Origin: Gemmatimonadales bacterium
GTDB lineage: Bacteria; Gemmatimonadota; Gemmatimonadetes; Gemmatimonadales; GWC2-71-9
Direction of reading: 5' to 3'
Assembly: GCA_035577025.1 (NCBI GenBank)
Contig: DATLVU010000027.1
Span: forward strand, 6,021 to 70,020
DNA: 64,000 nucleotides
Shown: piece by piece, positions 45,393 to 60,821 of the stretch
How positions within the stretch are numbered: position 1 is the first letter of the stretch
Layout of the letters: each line of letters starts with the position of its first letter
Made by a program: the position numbers and the translations under genes
The notes under the pieces: model-generated
Database searches by the model: none
What the model was told of the DNA's origin: nothing
The model's input: the letters and a program-made list of their open reading frames with translations, nothing else

Positions 45393-46393
45393 AGGCTGAC
45401 CGGGGCGCCGCCCGCCGAGAGCGAGCGCGTGGCGGCATCGAGCACCTTGACCACGGCCACGCCGTCCGCGGCGCTGGCGCGCGGCGCCTCGGTGCGCCGG
45501 GCCACTTTTACGAAGTGGCTGAGCTCGGCCGCGAGCGGCTCGACGTTCGGGATCTTGGGAATGAAGATGTCGCCCTCCCGGATCGACAGCGCCTCGCCGT
45601 ATGACCCGTACTCGGGCGGCCGCTGCACGCCCTTATCGTAGATCCGCAGCTTCTCGCGCGCTTCCATATCGTCGAACACGACCATTTTTGTCGCTCCCAC
45701 CACCGTGAGTTTCCGCTCTTTGTGGGGGTCGAGCCAGGACAACTGCACGTGCGCGAGCACGCCGCTCCCGAACTCCATGGTCAGGAACACGACGTCCTCG
45801 ACTTTCGGCTGCAGGTAGCTCTTCCCGTGCGCGGCCACACGCACCGGAGTCTCCCCAAGCAAGTACAATGCCACTGACACGTCGTGCGGCCCGAAGCTCC
45901 AGAGCGCGTTCTCGTCGGCGCGAACCTGCCCCAGGTTGACGCGAAGCCCGTACAAGTAATAGATGCGACCCAGCTCCCCGGTCTGCACCAGGGTCCGGAG
46001 CCGCTCGACGGCCGGGTGGAAGACGAGGAGATGCCCGGTGAGAACGGGCACGTCGTGCTTGGCTGCCGCCTGCGCGACCGCTTCCGCGTCGCCCGTGCTC
46101 AGGGCGAACGGCTTCTCGACCAGACATGGCTTCCCGGCTTCGATGCATTGCCGGGCGACCCGCGCGTGCGTCGCGGCGGGGGAGGCGATCACCACGGCGT
46201 CGACCCGACCCAGGAGATCGGCGACGTCGCCGGTGATGTGCGCCGCCGGATACTGGCGCGTCAGCTTCTCTCGTGTCTTCGGATCGGCGTCACACACCCC
46301 CGCGAGCTCCGCCTCGGCGAGCGTGGCCACCGTGCGCACGTGATTCTTCCCCCACGCGCCGGCGCCGATGACGCCCACGCGAAGGCGGCTCAC
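45389..46393 (-). CDS. Gfo/Idh/MocA oxidoreductase (WbpB-like)
   Basis: It has a Rossmann fold (RVGVIGAGAWGKNH). ATGA and GTGA overlaps link it to its neighbours in a WbpA/B/E/D-type set. Confidence 0.7.
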   Translation of the reverse strand: MSRLRVGVIGAGAWGKNHVRTVATLAEAELAGVCDADPKTREKLTRQYPAAHITGDVADLLGRVDAVVIASPAATHARVARQCIEAGKPCLVEKPFALSTGDAEAVAQAAAKHDVPVLTGHLLVFHPAVERLRTLVQTGELGRIYYLYGLRVNLGQVRADENALWSFGPHDVSVALYLLGETPVRVAAHGKSYLQPKVEDVVFLTMEFGSGVLAHVQLSWLDPHKERKLTVVGATKMVVFDDMEAREKLRIYDKGVQRPPEYGSYGEALSIREGDIFIPKIPNVEPLAAELSHFVKVARRTEAPRASAADGVAVVKVLDAATRSLSAGGAPVSL

Positions 46394-47505
46394 CGGTAGA
46401 ACCCGCGGATCGTCTCTGCCACAAAACCGACCTGGTCAGGCGTGAGCTCGGGATAGATGGGGAGCGAGATCACTTCGGTCGCCGCCCGCTCCGCCTCCGG
46501 GAGCCGGCCTTTCTTGTAGCCGAGGTGACGGAAGCAGTTCTGGAGATGTAGGGGCACGGGGTAGTACACAGCGTTTCCGATCCCGTGACTCTTGAGATGG
46601 GCCTGCAGCTCGTCCCGGCGCTCGACCCGCAGCGTGTATTGATGGAAGATCGGCTCGTTGCAGCTGTCCACGACCGGTGTCCGGACCGCCGACACGCCGT
46701 CGAGCGCTCGGGTGTAGGACGCCGCGTGCTCGCGCCGCTTACTCGACCAGGATGCGAGGTGTGGCAACTTGGCGAGCAGGATCGCGGCCTGCACGGAGTC
46801 GAGTCGCGAGTTGGTTCCGATCTCGTCGTGATGGTACTGCTTCGCGCCGCCATGCAGCCGCAGCTTGCGGAGCCGCTCGGCCGCCGTGTCGTCGGACGTG
46901 ACCATCATGCCGCCGTCGCCCCAGGCACCCAGATTCTTGCTCGGGAAGAAGGAGTACCCGGTCGCCCAGCCCAACTCGCCCGCCATCCGCCATTCGCCGT
47001 CGACGCGGCGGCGCGCCCCGATCGCCTGGGCCGCGTCCTCGACGATCTTGAGCCCATGGGCCCGCGCGATCGGCATCAACCGCTCGATGGCGGCCATCTG
47101 GCCGTACAGATGAACGGGCAGGATGGCCCGCGTGCGCGGAGTGACCGCCGCTTCTACGGCGCCCGGGTCGAGATTGAACGTGCCCGGCTCGATGTCCACG
47201 AAGACCGGCGTTCCGCCGGCGTTGTGAATTGCCCCGGCCGTGGCGAAGAACGTGAACGACGTGGTGATGACCTCGTCCCCCGGCTCGAGATTGAGCGCCT
47301 TGAGCGGCAAGAGCAGCGCGTCCGTCCCGCTGGCGCACGCGATGCCGTGCTTCGCGCGCGCGAGCTGGGCGATCGCGCCCTCGAGCTGCGGGACCGAGGG
47401 ACCCATCACGAATTGCTGCGACTCGATGACCGCCTGCAGGGCGGGCAGGACCTCGTCCTTGATCGCGCGATATTGCGCCACGAGGTCCAATAACGGCACG
47501 TTCAC
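46390..47505 (-). CDS. DegT/DnrJ/EryC1-family aminotransferase (WbpE-like)
   Basis: N terminus (V)NVPLLDLVAQYRAIKDEV. The PLP-Lys context is YSFFPSKNLGAWGDGG. Start is GTG 47505 or GTG 47499. The ORF-track extension to 47658 was trimmed. Confidence 0.8.
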   Translation of the reverse strand: MNVPLLDLVAQYRAIKDEVLPALQAVIESQQFVMGPSVPQLEGAIAQLARAKHGIACASGTDALLLPLKALNLEPGDEVITTSFTFFATAGAIHNAGGTPVFVDIEPGTFNLDPGAVEAAVTPRTRAILPVHLYGQMAAIERLMPIARAHGLKIVEDAAQAIGARRRVDGEWRMAGELGWATGYSFFPSKNLGAWGDGGMMVTSDDTAAERLRKLRLHGGAKQYHHDEIGTNSRLDSVQAAILLAKLPHLASWSSKRREHAASYTRALDGVSAVRTPVVDSCNEPIFHQYTLRVERRDELQAHLKSHGIGNAVYYPVPLHLQNCFRHLGYKKGRLPEAERAATEVISLPIYPELTPDQVGFVAETIRGFYR

Positions 47506-47542
47506 GGTGTCAGGAATCCAATAAGAAAGAGGGGGAAGGAAA

Positions 47543-48133
47543 TTACCCGACCCGGCGGGGCTGGGCAATGCGATGCAGCGCGCCGTCAGTCTCCTGGTAT
47601 GCCGTGCCACAGGCGGCGCAGGTCGCGGCGCCACGCGCCACGGCGAGTCGCTCACCACACTGACACATCCACCCCACCCGACGGGCGGGGACGCCGACCA
47701 TCAGGGCGTAGGCCGGCACGTCGGAGGTGACGACGGCGCCGGCACCGATGAAGGCGTATTCGCCGAGCGTCACGCCGCAGACGATCGTGGCGTTGGCCCC
47801 GATGGACGCGCCGCGCTTCACCAGCGTCTCGCGATACTCGTGCTTGCGCGACACGTGGCTGCGGGGGTTCAGGACGTTCGTGAACACGCAGGACGGCCCG
47901 CAGAACACGTCGTCTTCGAGCGTGACCCCTTCGTAGATCGACACGTTGTTTTGGATCTTCACGTTCGTGCCGATGCGCGTGCCCGGCATCACGACCACGT
48001 TTTGCCCGATGCTGCAGCGCTCGCCGATCACGGCGCCCGGCATCACGTGGCAGAAGTGCCAGATCTTCGTGCCCCGGCCGACCTGCGCACCATCGTCGAC
48101 GTAGCTCGATTCGTGGACGAAGTAGTCCGCCAT
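47543..48133 (-). CDS. Hexapeptide-repeat N-acetyltransferase (WbpD-like)
   Basis: It has left-handed beta-helix repeats ([34 protein letters not shown]...). 196 aa. Confidence 0.75.
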   Translation of the reverse strand: MADYFVHESSYVDDGAQVGRGTKIWHFCHVMPGAVIGERCSIGQNVVVMPGTRIGTNVKIQNNVSIYEGVTLEDDVFCGPSCVFTNVLNPRSHVSRKHEYRETLVKRGASIGANATIVCGVTLGEYAFIGAGAVVTSDVPAYALMVGVPARRVGWMCQCGERLAVARGAATCAACGTAYQETDGALHRIAQPRRVG

Positions 48134-49086
48134 CTACGCTCCGATCACCTTGATCTCGAGCTCGAGCTCGACGCTGGTCTTCTTCAAGACCGCCTTCCGC
48201 ACATGGTCGATCAACTTGAGGACGTCACTCGCGGTCGCGGTGCCGGTGTTGACGAAGTAATTCGCGTGGAGCGTGGAGACCTGCGCGCCCCCGATGGTGA
48301 AGCCCTTGAGGCCGCACTCGTCGATCAGCACTCCGGCGGTCCGCGGCCCGCCCGGGTTCTTGAAGACCGACCCGGCGCACGGCTGATCGAAGGGGGTCCC
48401 GGCCTTGCGCCAGCGCAGCAGCTTTTCCTGAATTTCTTTCAGCTTTGCCGCAGGCTCCTCGATGAGCGCGAGCTTTGCTTCCAGCACGATCACGTTACCG
48501 AGGTTCGAGGAGCGGTACTTGAACGAGATCTGCTTGCGCGGGATCTGCCGGATCTTCCCCTTGGCGTCCATCACGGTGGCTTCGGTGAGCACTTCCGCGA
48601 ACTCGGCCCCGTGCGCGCCGGCATTCATGTACACGCCGCCGCCCACCGTCCCGGGGATGCCCCGAAACCGCTCGACGCCGGCGAACCCCGCCTCCGCCGT
48701 GCGGCGAGCGAGTAGCGGCGTCGGCATTCCGGCTCCCACGATCGCCGTCGCACCTTTCATCTCGAAGCGGTCGAGACCCTTCCCGATGCGGATCACGACG
48801 CCCGGGAAGCCGCCGTCCTTGACGAGCACGTTCGAGCCGAGTCCCAGCGCGACCCACGGGAGCCCGCGGTCTTGTGCAAGGTCGAGCGCCTTGGCGACGT
48901 CATCGGCGTCGGCGGGCGTGACGAGGTAACGCGCCGGACCGCCGATCCGGTACGTGGTGTGAGGGGCGAGAGGCTCGTTCTCGAGCACCCGGCCGCGAAA
49001 CTTCGGCTTCGGGGCCGGGGCCGGCGTCGCCGGCTTGGCCGCGGGCTTGCCGACCTTGCCGCTCGCCTTGGCCGGCGCCTTCGCCG

Positions 49087-54566
<5,480 letters not shown>

Positions 54567-54571
54567 CGAAA

Positions 54572-54593
54572 AAGGGGACCCAGGGTCCCCCTT
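54572..54593. terminator. Hairpin between convergent rpmB and rplQ
   Basis: AAGGGGACC cag GGTCCCC(C)TT: a 7-bp GC stem extendable by A-T pairs, flanked by A-run and T-containing arms, so it could act bidirectionally. Confidence 0.5.
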
Positions 54594-54623
54594 CATGGTC
54601 TCGCAGGGCGGCCTCTCAGCCCG

Positions 54624-54980
54624 TCACTCACTCAGCAGTTCAATCCGAGCTACGTCAGCGCCGTCACCCGCGCGGTGTCCGAGTTTGACGATGCGCGTGT
54701 AGCCGCCCGGCCGCGCCGCGAAGCGGGGCCCCAGGTCCTTGAACAAGCGGTGCGTCACGTCGCGGTCTTTGAGCCGGCGCTCCACCAATCGCCGGGCGTG
54801 GAGGTCGCCGCGTCGCGCCAGCGTGATGAGGCGCTCCGCGTACGGGCGCAACTCTTTCGCCTTCGCCTCCGTGGTCACGATCTTGTCGTGGCGAAAGAGG
54901 CTGGTCGCGAGATTGGCGAGCAGCGCCTTCTTGTGGCTCGCGGTGCGCGAGAGCTGCCGACCTTTGGCCCGATGCCGCAT
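54624..54980 (-). CDS. rplQ: 50S ribosomal protein L17
   Basis: MRHRAKGRQLSRTASHKKALLANLATSL. Its start overlaps the rpoA stop (TAATG). Confidence 0.93.
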   Translation of the reverse strand: MRHRAKGRQLSRTASHKKALLANLATSLFRHDKIVTTEAKAKELRPYAERLITLARRGDLHARRLVERRLKDRDVTHRLFKDLGPRFAARPGGYTRIVKLGHRAGDGADVARIELLSE

Positions 54981-56038
54981 TACTCCCCGTTTCCTTCGCT
55001 CACCTGCGCCTGCGGTGGCATCCCGGGATCGAGCACCTTCCACTCCTCGCCGGTCTCCTCGAACTTCATCCCAAAGTTGAGCCCTTCGCGCCGGAGCAGC
55101 TCCGCGATTTCGCCGAGCGCCTTTTCCCCGACGTTCTTCACCTTGAGGAGATCTTCCTCGCGATACTGCACGAGATCTCCGAGGGTGCGAATGTTCGAGT
55201 TCTTGAGCGAGTTGACCGATCGGACCGACAAGCCGACGTCGTCGATCGAGCGGGCGAGCGTTTCGCGCATCCGGCCCGTGCCGGCGCCCCCGTTCCCCGG
55301 TGCCGTGGCGGCGACCATCGGGACCTTCCCGAAGTCCACGAAGAAGCGGAAATGCTCCTGCGCGAGCGCCGCAGCATACGCCACGGCATCCTCAGGCGAG
55401 ATGGTGCCGTTGGTTTCGACGGTCAGCGTCAAGCGGTCGTAGTCGGTGCGCTGGCCGACGCGCGTCTCCGCCACGGTGAAGTTGGCGCGCCGCACGGGAT
55501 TGTAGATCGAGTCCACGCGCACGACGTCGACCGGCATGGTCCGATCGACGGGGTGCTGCTCGGCCTCCACGTATCCCCGGCCCTTGTTCACGTACAGCTC
55601 GCCGCCGATCTCGCGGTCGTCTTGCACCGTGAAGAGCAGCTGGTCGGGGTTCACGATCGTCACCGCACTATGCGCCTCGATGTCCCGCGCGTAGACCGGC
55701 CCGGCCTTGTCGTGCTTGACGTGGAGCACCGCCTCGTCGACGTCGGGCGCGAGCACGAGCGTCAGGGCCTTGAGCCGCTGGATGATCTGATGCACGTCCT
55801 CGACCACGCCGGGAATGGTCTGGTGCTCGTGTACGACGCCGTCCAGGCGGAAGGCCCACACAGCGGCCCCGCGGAGGGAGGAGAGCAGCATCCGACGCAG
55901 GGAGTTGCCCAGCGTGTAGCCGTACCCCCGCTCGAGCGGCTGAAGGCGGAACTCGGCGGCATTGGCATTGTCCTCCCGCTTGGTCATCTCGACCAGGTGC
56001 GGGCGAACCAGCCCCGTCAAATCAAGAGTCGTCATCAC
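54980..56038 (-). CDS. rpoA: DNA-directed RNA polymerase subunit alpha
   Basis: 352 aa with an NTD (GYTLGNSLRRMLLSSL) and a CTD (LSVRSVNSLKNSNIRTLGDLV). Confidence 0.97.
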   Translation of the reverse strand: MMTTLDLTGLVRPHLVEMTKREDNANAAEFRLQPLERGYGYTLGNSLRRMLLSSLRGAAVWAFRLDGVVHEHQTIPGVVEDVHQIIQRLKALTLVLAPDVDEAVLHVKHDKAGPVYARDIEAHSAVTIVNPDQLLFTVQDDREIGGELYVNKGRGYVEAEQHPVDRTMPVDVVRVDSIYNPVRRANFTVAETRVGQRTDYDRLTLTVETNGTISPEDAVAYAAALAQEHFRFFVDFGKVPMVAATAPGNGGAGTGRMRETLARSIDDVGLSVRSVNSLKNSNIRTLGDLVQYREEDLLKVKNVGEKALGEIAELLRREGLNFGMKFEETGEEWKVLDPGMPPQAQVSEGNGE

Positions 56039-56670
56039 TTGGAATAGAGCTCGACGATTAACTGTTCTTGCGCGGCGATCGGGATGGCGTCGCGGGTGGG
56101 CCGCTGCGTCATCTTGCCGAGCGCCTTGTCGGTATCGACTTGAATCCAGGACACGGGCTGCCCTCGTCCGAATTGCTCGAGGGCGAGCTTCACCTGCACG
56201 AGCTCGCGGCTCGCGTCAGCGAGTTTGACTTCCTCGCCCGGACGGACCCGGAACGAGGGCACGTTCACCGTCCGACCGTCCACCTGCACGTGGCGGTGCC
56301 GCACGAGCTGGCGCGCCTGCCGCCGGGACACGGCGAACCCCATCCGATAGACGAGGTTGTCGAGCCGGCTCTCGAGCGCCACGAGTAACGCCTCGCCCGT
56401 CACGCCGGGTTCCTTCAGCACGCGGTCGAAGATGTTGCGGAACTGGCGCTCCGACAGCCCATAGATCCGCTTGACCTTCTGCTTTTCTCGCAGCTGCCGC
56501 TGGTAGTCGGACGCCTTGCGGCGCCGGCCCGACGACTGGCCGTGCTGACCCGGGGGATACGCCCGGCGTTCGACCGCGCACTTCTCGGTGAGGCAGCGCG
56601 TCCCCTTGAGGAACAGCTTCGTGCCCTCGCGGCGGCAGAGCTTGCAGGCGGGTCCGGTATAACGCGCCAT
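56035..56670 (-). CDS. rpsD: 30S ribosomal protein S4
   Basis: MARYTGPACKLCRREGTKLFLKG... 211 aa. Confidence 0.95.
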   Translation of the reverse strand: MARYTGPACKLCRREGTKLFLKGTRCLTEKCAVERRAYPPGQHGQSSGRRRKASDYQRQLREKQKVKRIYGLSERQFRNIFDRVLKEPGVTGEALLVALESRLDNLVYRMGFAVSRRQARQLVRHRHVQVDGRTVNVPSFRVRPGEEVKLADASRELVQVKLALEQFGRGQPVSWIQVDTDKALGKMTQRPTRDAIPIAAQEQLIVELYSK

Positions 56671-56673
56671 GAC

Positions 56674-57066
56674 TCAGACCCGCCGTTTCTTGGGCGGCCG
56701 GCACCCGTTGTGGGGAATCGGGGTGACGTCGCGGATCGAACGAATCTGCAAACCCGCCGTGGCCAACGCCTGGATCGCCGATTCCCGTCCCGACCCCGGT
56801 CCCTGCACCCGCACGTGGACGCGCCGGACACCGAGGTTCAGCGCCTCACGCGCCGCCTGCTCGGCCGCGACGGTCGCCGCGAACGGCGTCGATTTCTTTG
56901 AGCCCTGAAAGCCCGCCTTGCCAGAGGAGCCCCACGTGATGGCGTTCCCCTGCATGTCGGTGATGGTGATGAGGGTATTGTTGAACGTCGCCGTGATGTG
57001 GGCGATGCCCTCGGCCTCCACGACCTTCTTGACGCGCTTCGCGCCCGCTGCTTTCGCCTGTGCCAT
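56674..57066 (-). CDS. rpsK: 30S ribosomal protein S11
   Basis: [18 protein letters not shown]...[10 protein letters not shown]. 130 aa. Confidence 0.95.
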   Translation of the reverse strand: MAQAKAAGAKRVKKVVEAEGIAHITATFNNTLITITDMQGNAITWGSSGKAGFQGSKKSTPFAATVAAEQAAREALNLGVRRVHVRVQGPGSGRESAIQALATAGLQIRSIRDVTPIPHNGCRPPKKRRV

Positions 57067-57450
57067 TTACTTTTTCAGCAAGGGCTTCTTCTTGCCCGCA
57101 ATGGCGCGCCGCGGCCCCTTCTTGGTGCGCGCGTTGGTGTGCGTGCGCTGACCGCGCACCGGCAGGTTCTTCCGGTGGCGCGACCCGCGATACGTCCCGA
57201 TATCCATCAGCCGCTTGATGTTCATCGCGACTTCCGTCCGCAGTGCGCCCTCGACTTTGTAGTCACGCTCGATCACCTGACGCAGCCGCGCCACCTCCGC
57301 GTCCCGGAGGTCGCGCACGCGCGCGTCGGAATTCACCCCGGTCTCCGCCAGGATCTTCTTCGCGTTCCGAGCTCCGATGCCGTAGATGTACGGAAGGGCG
57401 TACAGGATTTTCTTGTCGCGCGGCAGGTCGACCCCTGCAATACGTGCCAT
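57067..57450 (-). CDS. rpsM: 30S ribosomal protein S13
   Basis: [26 protein letters not shown]. 127 aa. Confidence 0.95.
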   Translation of the reverse strand: MARIAGVDLPRDKKILYALPYIYGIGARNAKKILAETGVNSDARVRDLRDAEVARLRQVIERDYKVEGALRTEVAMNIKRLMDIGTYRGSRHRKNLPVRGQRTHTNARTKKGPRRAIAGKKKPLLKK

Positions 57451-57453
57451 CCG

Positions 57454-57570
57454 CTACCCCTGCCGCTGCTTGTGCTTGGGGCTACGCTTGCAGATGACGC
57501 GGATCACGCCGCGCCGTTTGATCACTCTGCAGTGCTCACAGATCGGCTTCACGCTAGTCCGGACCTTCAA
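57454..57570 (-). CDS. rpmJ: 50S ribosomal protein L36
   Basis: TTG 57568-57570 gives (M)[37 protein letters not shown] (38 aa). GGGAG lies upstream. Confidence 0.85.
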   Translation of the reverse strand: MKVRTSVKPICEHCRVIKRRGVIRVICKRSPKHKQRQG

Positions 57571-57648
57571 GACGGGCGCTCCCGGGAAAAATTTTCCAAT
57601 TGAGTCTTGAATTGTAGACGGGGCTGTAAGTTCGCGCAAGGGGCGCGA

Positions 57649-58080
57649 TTACGGCGCACTCCGCAACTCGGTCAGGACCCATTCGTCGCCCGATTTTCGA
57701 AACCCGAGAAACAGCGTTTCGCGCCGCTCGTCACTCGTGCCCGCGACCACGTACCGACGCTCGAGCTCGGCGTAGCCGCGTTCGGGCTCGACCTCCCGAA
57801 CGGCGCTCACCGTCAACCGGCGCTCCGTTCCTCCCCGGAGGTGCCGGCGCAGCAGTTCGAGCGCCTGCGCGCGATCCACCGGAGCCGACGGATCGGCCCC
57901 GGGAATCTGGAGCACAACGCTAGGACCATGGCCCACAATCGCTTCCACGTTGTGCGCCAACCACGCCTGGCGCACACGTTCGGCCGCTTCGGCGAGCGAG
58001 CCCCCGGCCCCCCCCTGGGCCCGCGCACCGCCGGCCTCCAGGACGCTGAGCAAAAGCGCCACGGCGATTGGGCGTCGCAT
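57649..58080 (-). CDS. Hypothetical secreted protein (NTF2/SnoaL-like guess)
   Basis: It has a signal peptide (MRRPIAVALLLSVLEAGGARAQ). Its start overlaps the pyrF stop (TGATG). I recognise no family with confidence. Confidence 0.5.
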   Translation of the reverse strand: MRRPIAVALLLSVLEAGGARAQGGAGGSLAEAAERVRQAWLAHNVEAIVGHGPSVVLQIPGADPSAPVDRAQALELLRRHLRGGTERRLTVSAVREVEPERGYAELERRYVVAGTSDERRETLFLGFRKSGDEWVLTELRSAP

Positions 58081-58754
58081 CAGAAGTTCTCCATCAACCG
58101 CTGGTACACCCCAACGGGGTCGCCGGCCTGCGTGATCGGACGGCCGACCACGACGTGGGTCGCCCCCAGCCGCACTGCCTCACCCGCGGTCACCGTACGC
58201 GCTTGATCGCCGCTCGCATCGCCGTGGGCTCGGATCCCGGGCACGACGATCCATGGAATCGGTCCGAGTGCCGCCCGGAGCACCGGGAGGTCGCGGCCCG
58301 ATGCGACGATACCGCGCAGGCCCGCGGTCACCGCCAGCCGGGCCAGACGCTCCGTCTCGACGCCGAGATCCGGCACACCGCGGCCGACCACGCGCTCGAA
58401 GTCGACGGCCTCGTGTGAGGTGAGCACGGTGACCCCCACGAGGGCCAGCTCGCCGGCCACCGCTGCGGCCGCCGCTAGCACCGCCGACCCGGCGAGCGTG
58501 TGCACGGTGGCCATTGTCACGCCCTGCCCGCGCGCGGCTTCGACCGCGCCTGCCACGACGCTCGGGATGTCGTGCCATTTGAGATCGAGGAACACGCGGA
58601 TCCCGCGAGCCGTGAATTCCCGGACGAGCGCTGTGCCCTCGCGGACGTGCAGCTTGGGACCGAGCTTGGCCCAGCGAAGCCCCGAAAGCCGCGCCGCGAG
58701 GTCGAGCGCTTCCCGCCCGCTCGGAAGGTCAAACGCGACGATGAGCTCAGCCAC
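58080..58754 (-). CDS. pyrF: Orotidine 5'-phosphate decarboxylase
   Basis: GTG 58752-58754 gives (M)AELIVAFDLPSGREAL, and FLDLKWHDIP is present. The ORF-track extension to 58895 was trimmed. Confidence 0.85.
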   Translation of the reverse strand: MAELIVAFDLPSGREALDLAARLSGLRWAKLGPKLHVREGTALVREFTARGIRVFLDLKWHDIPSVVAGAVEAARGQGVTMATVHTLAGSAVLAAAAAVAGELALVGVTVLTSHEAVDFERVVGRGVPDLGVETERLARLAVTAGLRGIVASGRDLPVLRAALGPIPWIVVPGIRAHGDASGDQARTVTAGEAVRLGATHVVVGRPITQAGDPVGVYQRLMENF

Positions 58755-59586
58755 GCGCGAGCTCTCGCGCGATGCGCTGTGGGACGCGCGGGTCCGCGAG
58801 CGCCGCGGTCCCGATCGCGACGAGCGAGGCACCCGCTGCGAGATACTCGCGCGCGTCGCGAGCGGTCCGGATGCCGCCGACCCCGATGATCGCAATGTCG
58901 ACCGCGTCCCGCACCTTGCGCGTCGCCAGCACGCCGATCGGAAGGAGCGCTGGACCGCTCACGCCACCGGCACCGTTGCCCAGACGGTCGTGCAGCGCGC
59001 CCGGGATCGTGTTCACGAGTGTCACTGCGGCCGCGCCTTCTTGCTTCGCGACCTCAGCCATGCCGGCGATGTCCGGCAGGACGGGCGAAAGCTTGACCGC
59101 GATCGGGCGTGTCGTGGCGGCCCGACAACGCCGCACCAGCTCCCCTAACCCCTCGCGTGTTGCTCCGAATTCCAGCCCACCGGCGCTCGTGTTGGGACAG
59201 GACGCGTTGACCTCGAACGCCGTGATCACGTCCAGATCCGTGAGACGCGCGATGACGCGCACGTAGTCGTCGACCGTGGCGCCGGCCACGTTGACGAGCA
59301 CTCGCGCGCGCCGGACGTGCTGCGCGAGCCACGGGAGCTCGTGCTCCCGTACCGCCTCGAGCCCCGGATTCGCGAGGCCGACGGCATTGAGCATGCCGCC
59401 CACAAACTCGGCCACGCGCGGCGCGGGGTGTCCTTGCCGGGGCTCGGGAGTGACGGCCTTGGTGACGACGCCACCGAGGGCGTCCAAATCGATCACGCGG
59501 AGCACCTCGCGACCGAAGCCGGCCGTGCCGGAAGCGAGCAGGACTGGATTTTGAAAGGTCGCGTCGAACAGCCGAACTGCCGTCAC
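58747..59586 (-). CDS. pyrD: Dihydroorotate dehydrogenase, class 1
   Basis: Motifs FQNPVLLASGTAGFG and EVNASCPN (active-site Cys) are present. 279 aa. No pyrK is adjacent. Confidence 0.85.
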   Translation of the reverse strand: MTAVRLFDATFQNPVLLASGTAGFGREVLRVIDLDALGGVVTKAVTPEPRQGHPAPRVAEFVGGMLNAVGLANPGLEAVREHELPWLAQHVRRARVLVNVAGATVDDYVRVIARLTDLDVITAFEVNASCPNTSAGGLEFGATREGLGELVRRCRAATTRPIAVKLSPVLPDIAGMAEVAKQEGAAAVTLVNTIPGALHDRLGNGAGGVSGPALLPIGVLATRKVRDAVDIAIIGVGGIRTARDAREYLAAGASLVAIGTAALADPRVPQRIARELARG

Positions 59587-60821
59587 CGCCCCCTCGCCGG
59601 AGCCGCGACGGCGAGCTTCCGCTCGAACTCGAGCAGGTACGCCACGATTCCGTCGGCGATCGCGTTCGCGATCTTATGCTGGCCCAGGCTCGACGCGAGG
59701 AACGCTCCATCGGTCCGATTCGTGGCGAACCCGGTCTCGACCAGGATGGCGGGCCGGCGGGCCGTGGTGAGCACCATGAAGCCCGCCTGCTGCACGCCGT
59801 GACCGCCGCCCGGGTGAATGCGCGCGACGGAATCCTGCACGAGCGCGGCGAGCTGGGCCGATTCGCGCAAGTATTCGTTCAGCTGGAGGTCGCGCAGGAT
59901 ATAGCCCAGCGGACCGGTCGCCGCGCTCGACGCACCCGTCTCGAACCGGATCGCGTTGTTCTCGGTCTTGGCGACGCGTTCCTGGTCCTCGGTCTTGGCA
60001 TCGGACAAAAAGTAGGTCTCGACCCCACTCGCCCGGTCCGTCCGCCGGCCTTCGGGCATCGCATTCACGTGGATGCTGACGAACAGGTCACAGTCGGCGG
60101 TGCAGAACGCGCCCCGGTCCGCCAGATCGATGAGCGTGTCCCCCGAGCGCGTCAGCGCCGCACCGATCCCGCGGCGCACGAGCTCGGCCCGCAGAAGGCG
60201 CGCGATCGCGAGCGTAATGTCCTTCTCGACCAGTCCATCGGGGAAATACCGCCCGGGGTTTCCCGGATCGACGCCCCCATGTCCGGGGTCCACCACGACC
60301 GTGTGCCGCAAGCGCAGCCCAGTCATGGGGTTGGGAGCGGGGACGGCGGCGGCGGGGGTCGGATTCGGTGGTGGCACCACGACCGGCGGTGGCGCTGCGG
60401 CCACAGTGCCAGCGACCGGCAGCTCCACCAGGCGCGCGCCTGCGCCGGAGGCGTCCCAGCGATAACGACCGCCGAGCGCCCGCGGCACACAATCCGCCAG
60501 CCAGGTGAGCGGGAGGAAGACGGTGTCGCGGGCGACGTACGGCTCTCCCACGAGTCCGTAGACGACACCGCCGGTGCGCACAAATGGGGCGCCGAGTTCG
60601 AAGACGAACACGGTACCCGACAGGCCCACGGCCACGCGGGAGCCGTCGAGCGCCACGATGACGCCGAGCGGCGCCGACAGCAGCGGCGCCGCGACGGCGG
60701 CGGTGCCGCGCTCGTTCGTCACAGGCACGCTCGTCTCGCCGCGCGGCGTGGCGATCACCACGGCCTGCACCGGGGACGGCGGCGCCGCGATCGCGAGCAC
60801 GAACCAAACCAGGGCGCTCAC
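59583..60821 (-). CDS. N-acetylmuramoyl-L-alanine amidase (Amidase_3) with an N-terminal extra domain
   Basis: Motifs VVVDPGHGGVDPGNPG and ILVETGFATNRTD are present. The GTG start sits in a GTGA overlap with smpB. Confidence 0.85.
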   Translation of the reverse strand: MSALVWFVLAIAAPPSPVQAVVIATPRGETSVPVTNERGTAAVAAPLLSAPLGVIVALDGSRVAVGLSGTVFVFELGAPFVRTGGVVYGLVGEPYVARDTVFLPLTWLADCVPRALGGRYRWDASGAGARLVELPVAGTVAAAPPPVVVPPPNPTPAAAVPAPNPMTGLRLRHTVVVDPGHGGVDPGNPGRYFPDGLVEKDITLAIARLLRAELVRRGIGAALTRSGDTLIDLADRGAFCTADCDLFVSIHVNAMPEGRRTDRASGVETYFLSDAKTEDQERVAKTENNAIRFETGASSAATGPLGYILRDLQLNEYLRESAQLAALVQDSVARIHPGGGHGVQQAGFMVLTTARRPAILVETGFATNRTDGAFLASSLGQHKIANAIADGIVAYLLEFERKLAVAAPARGR

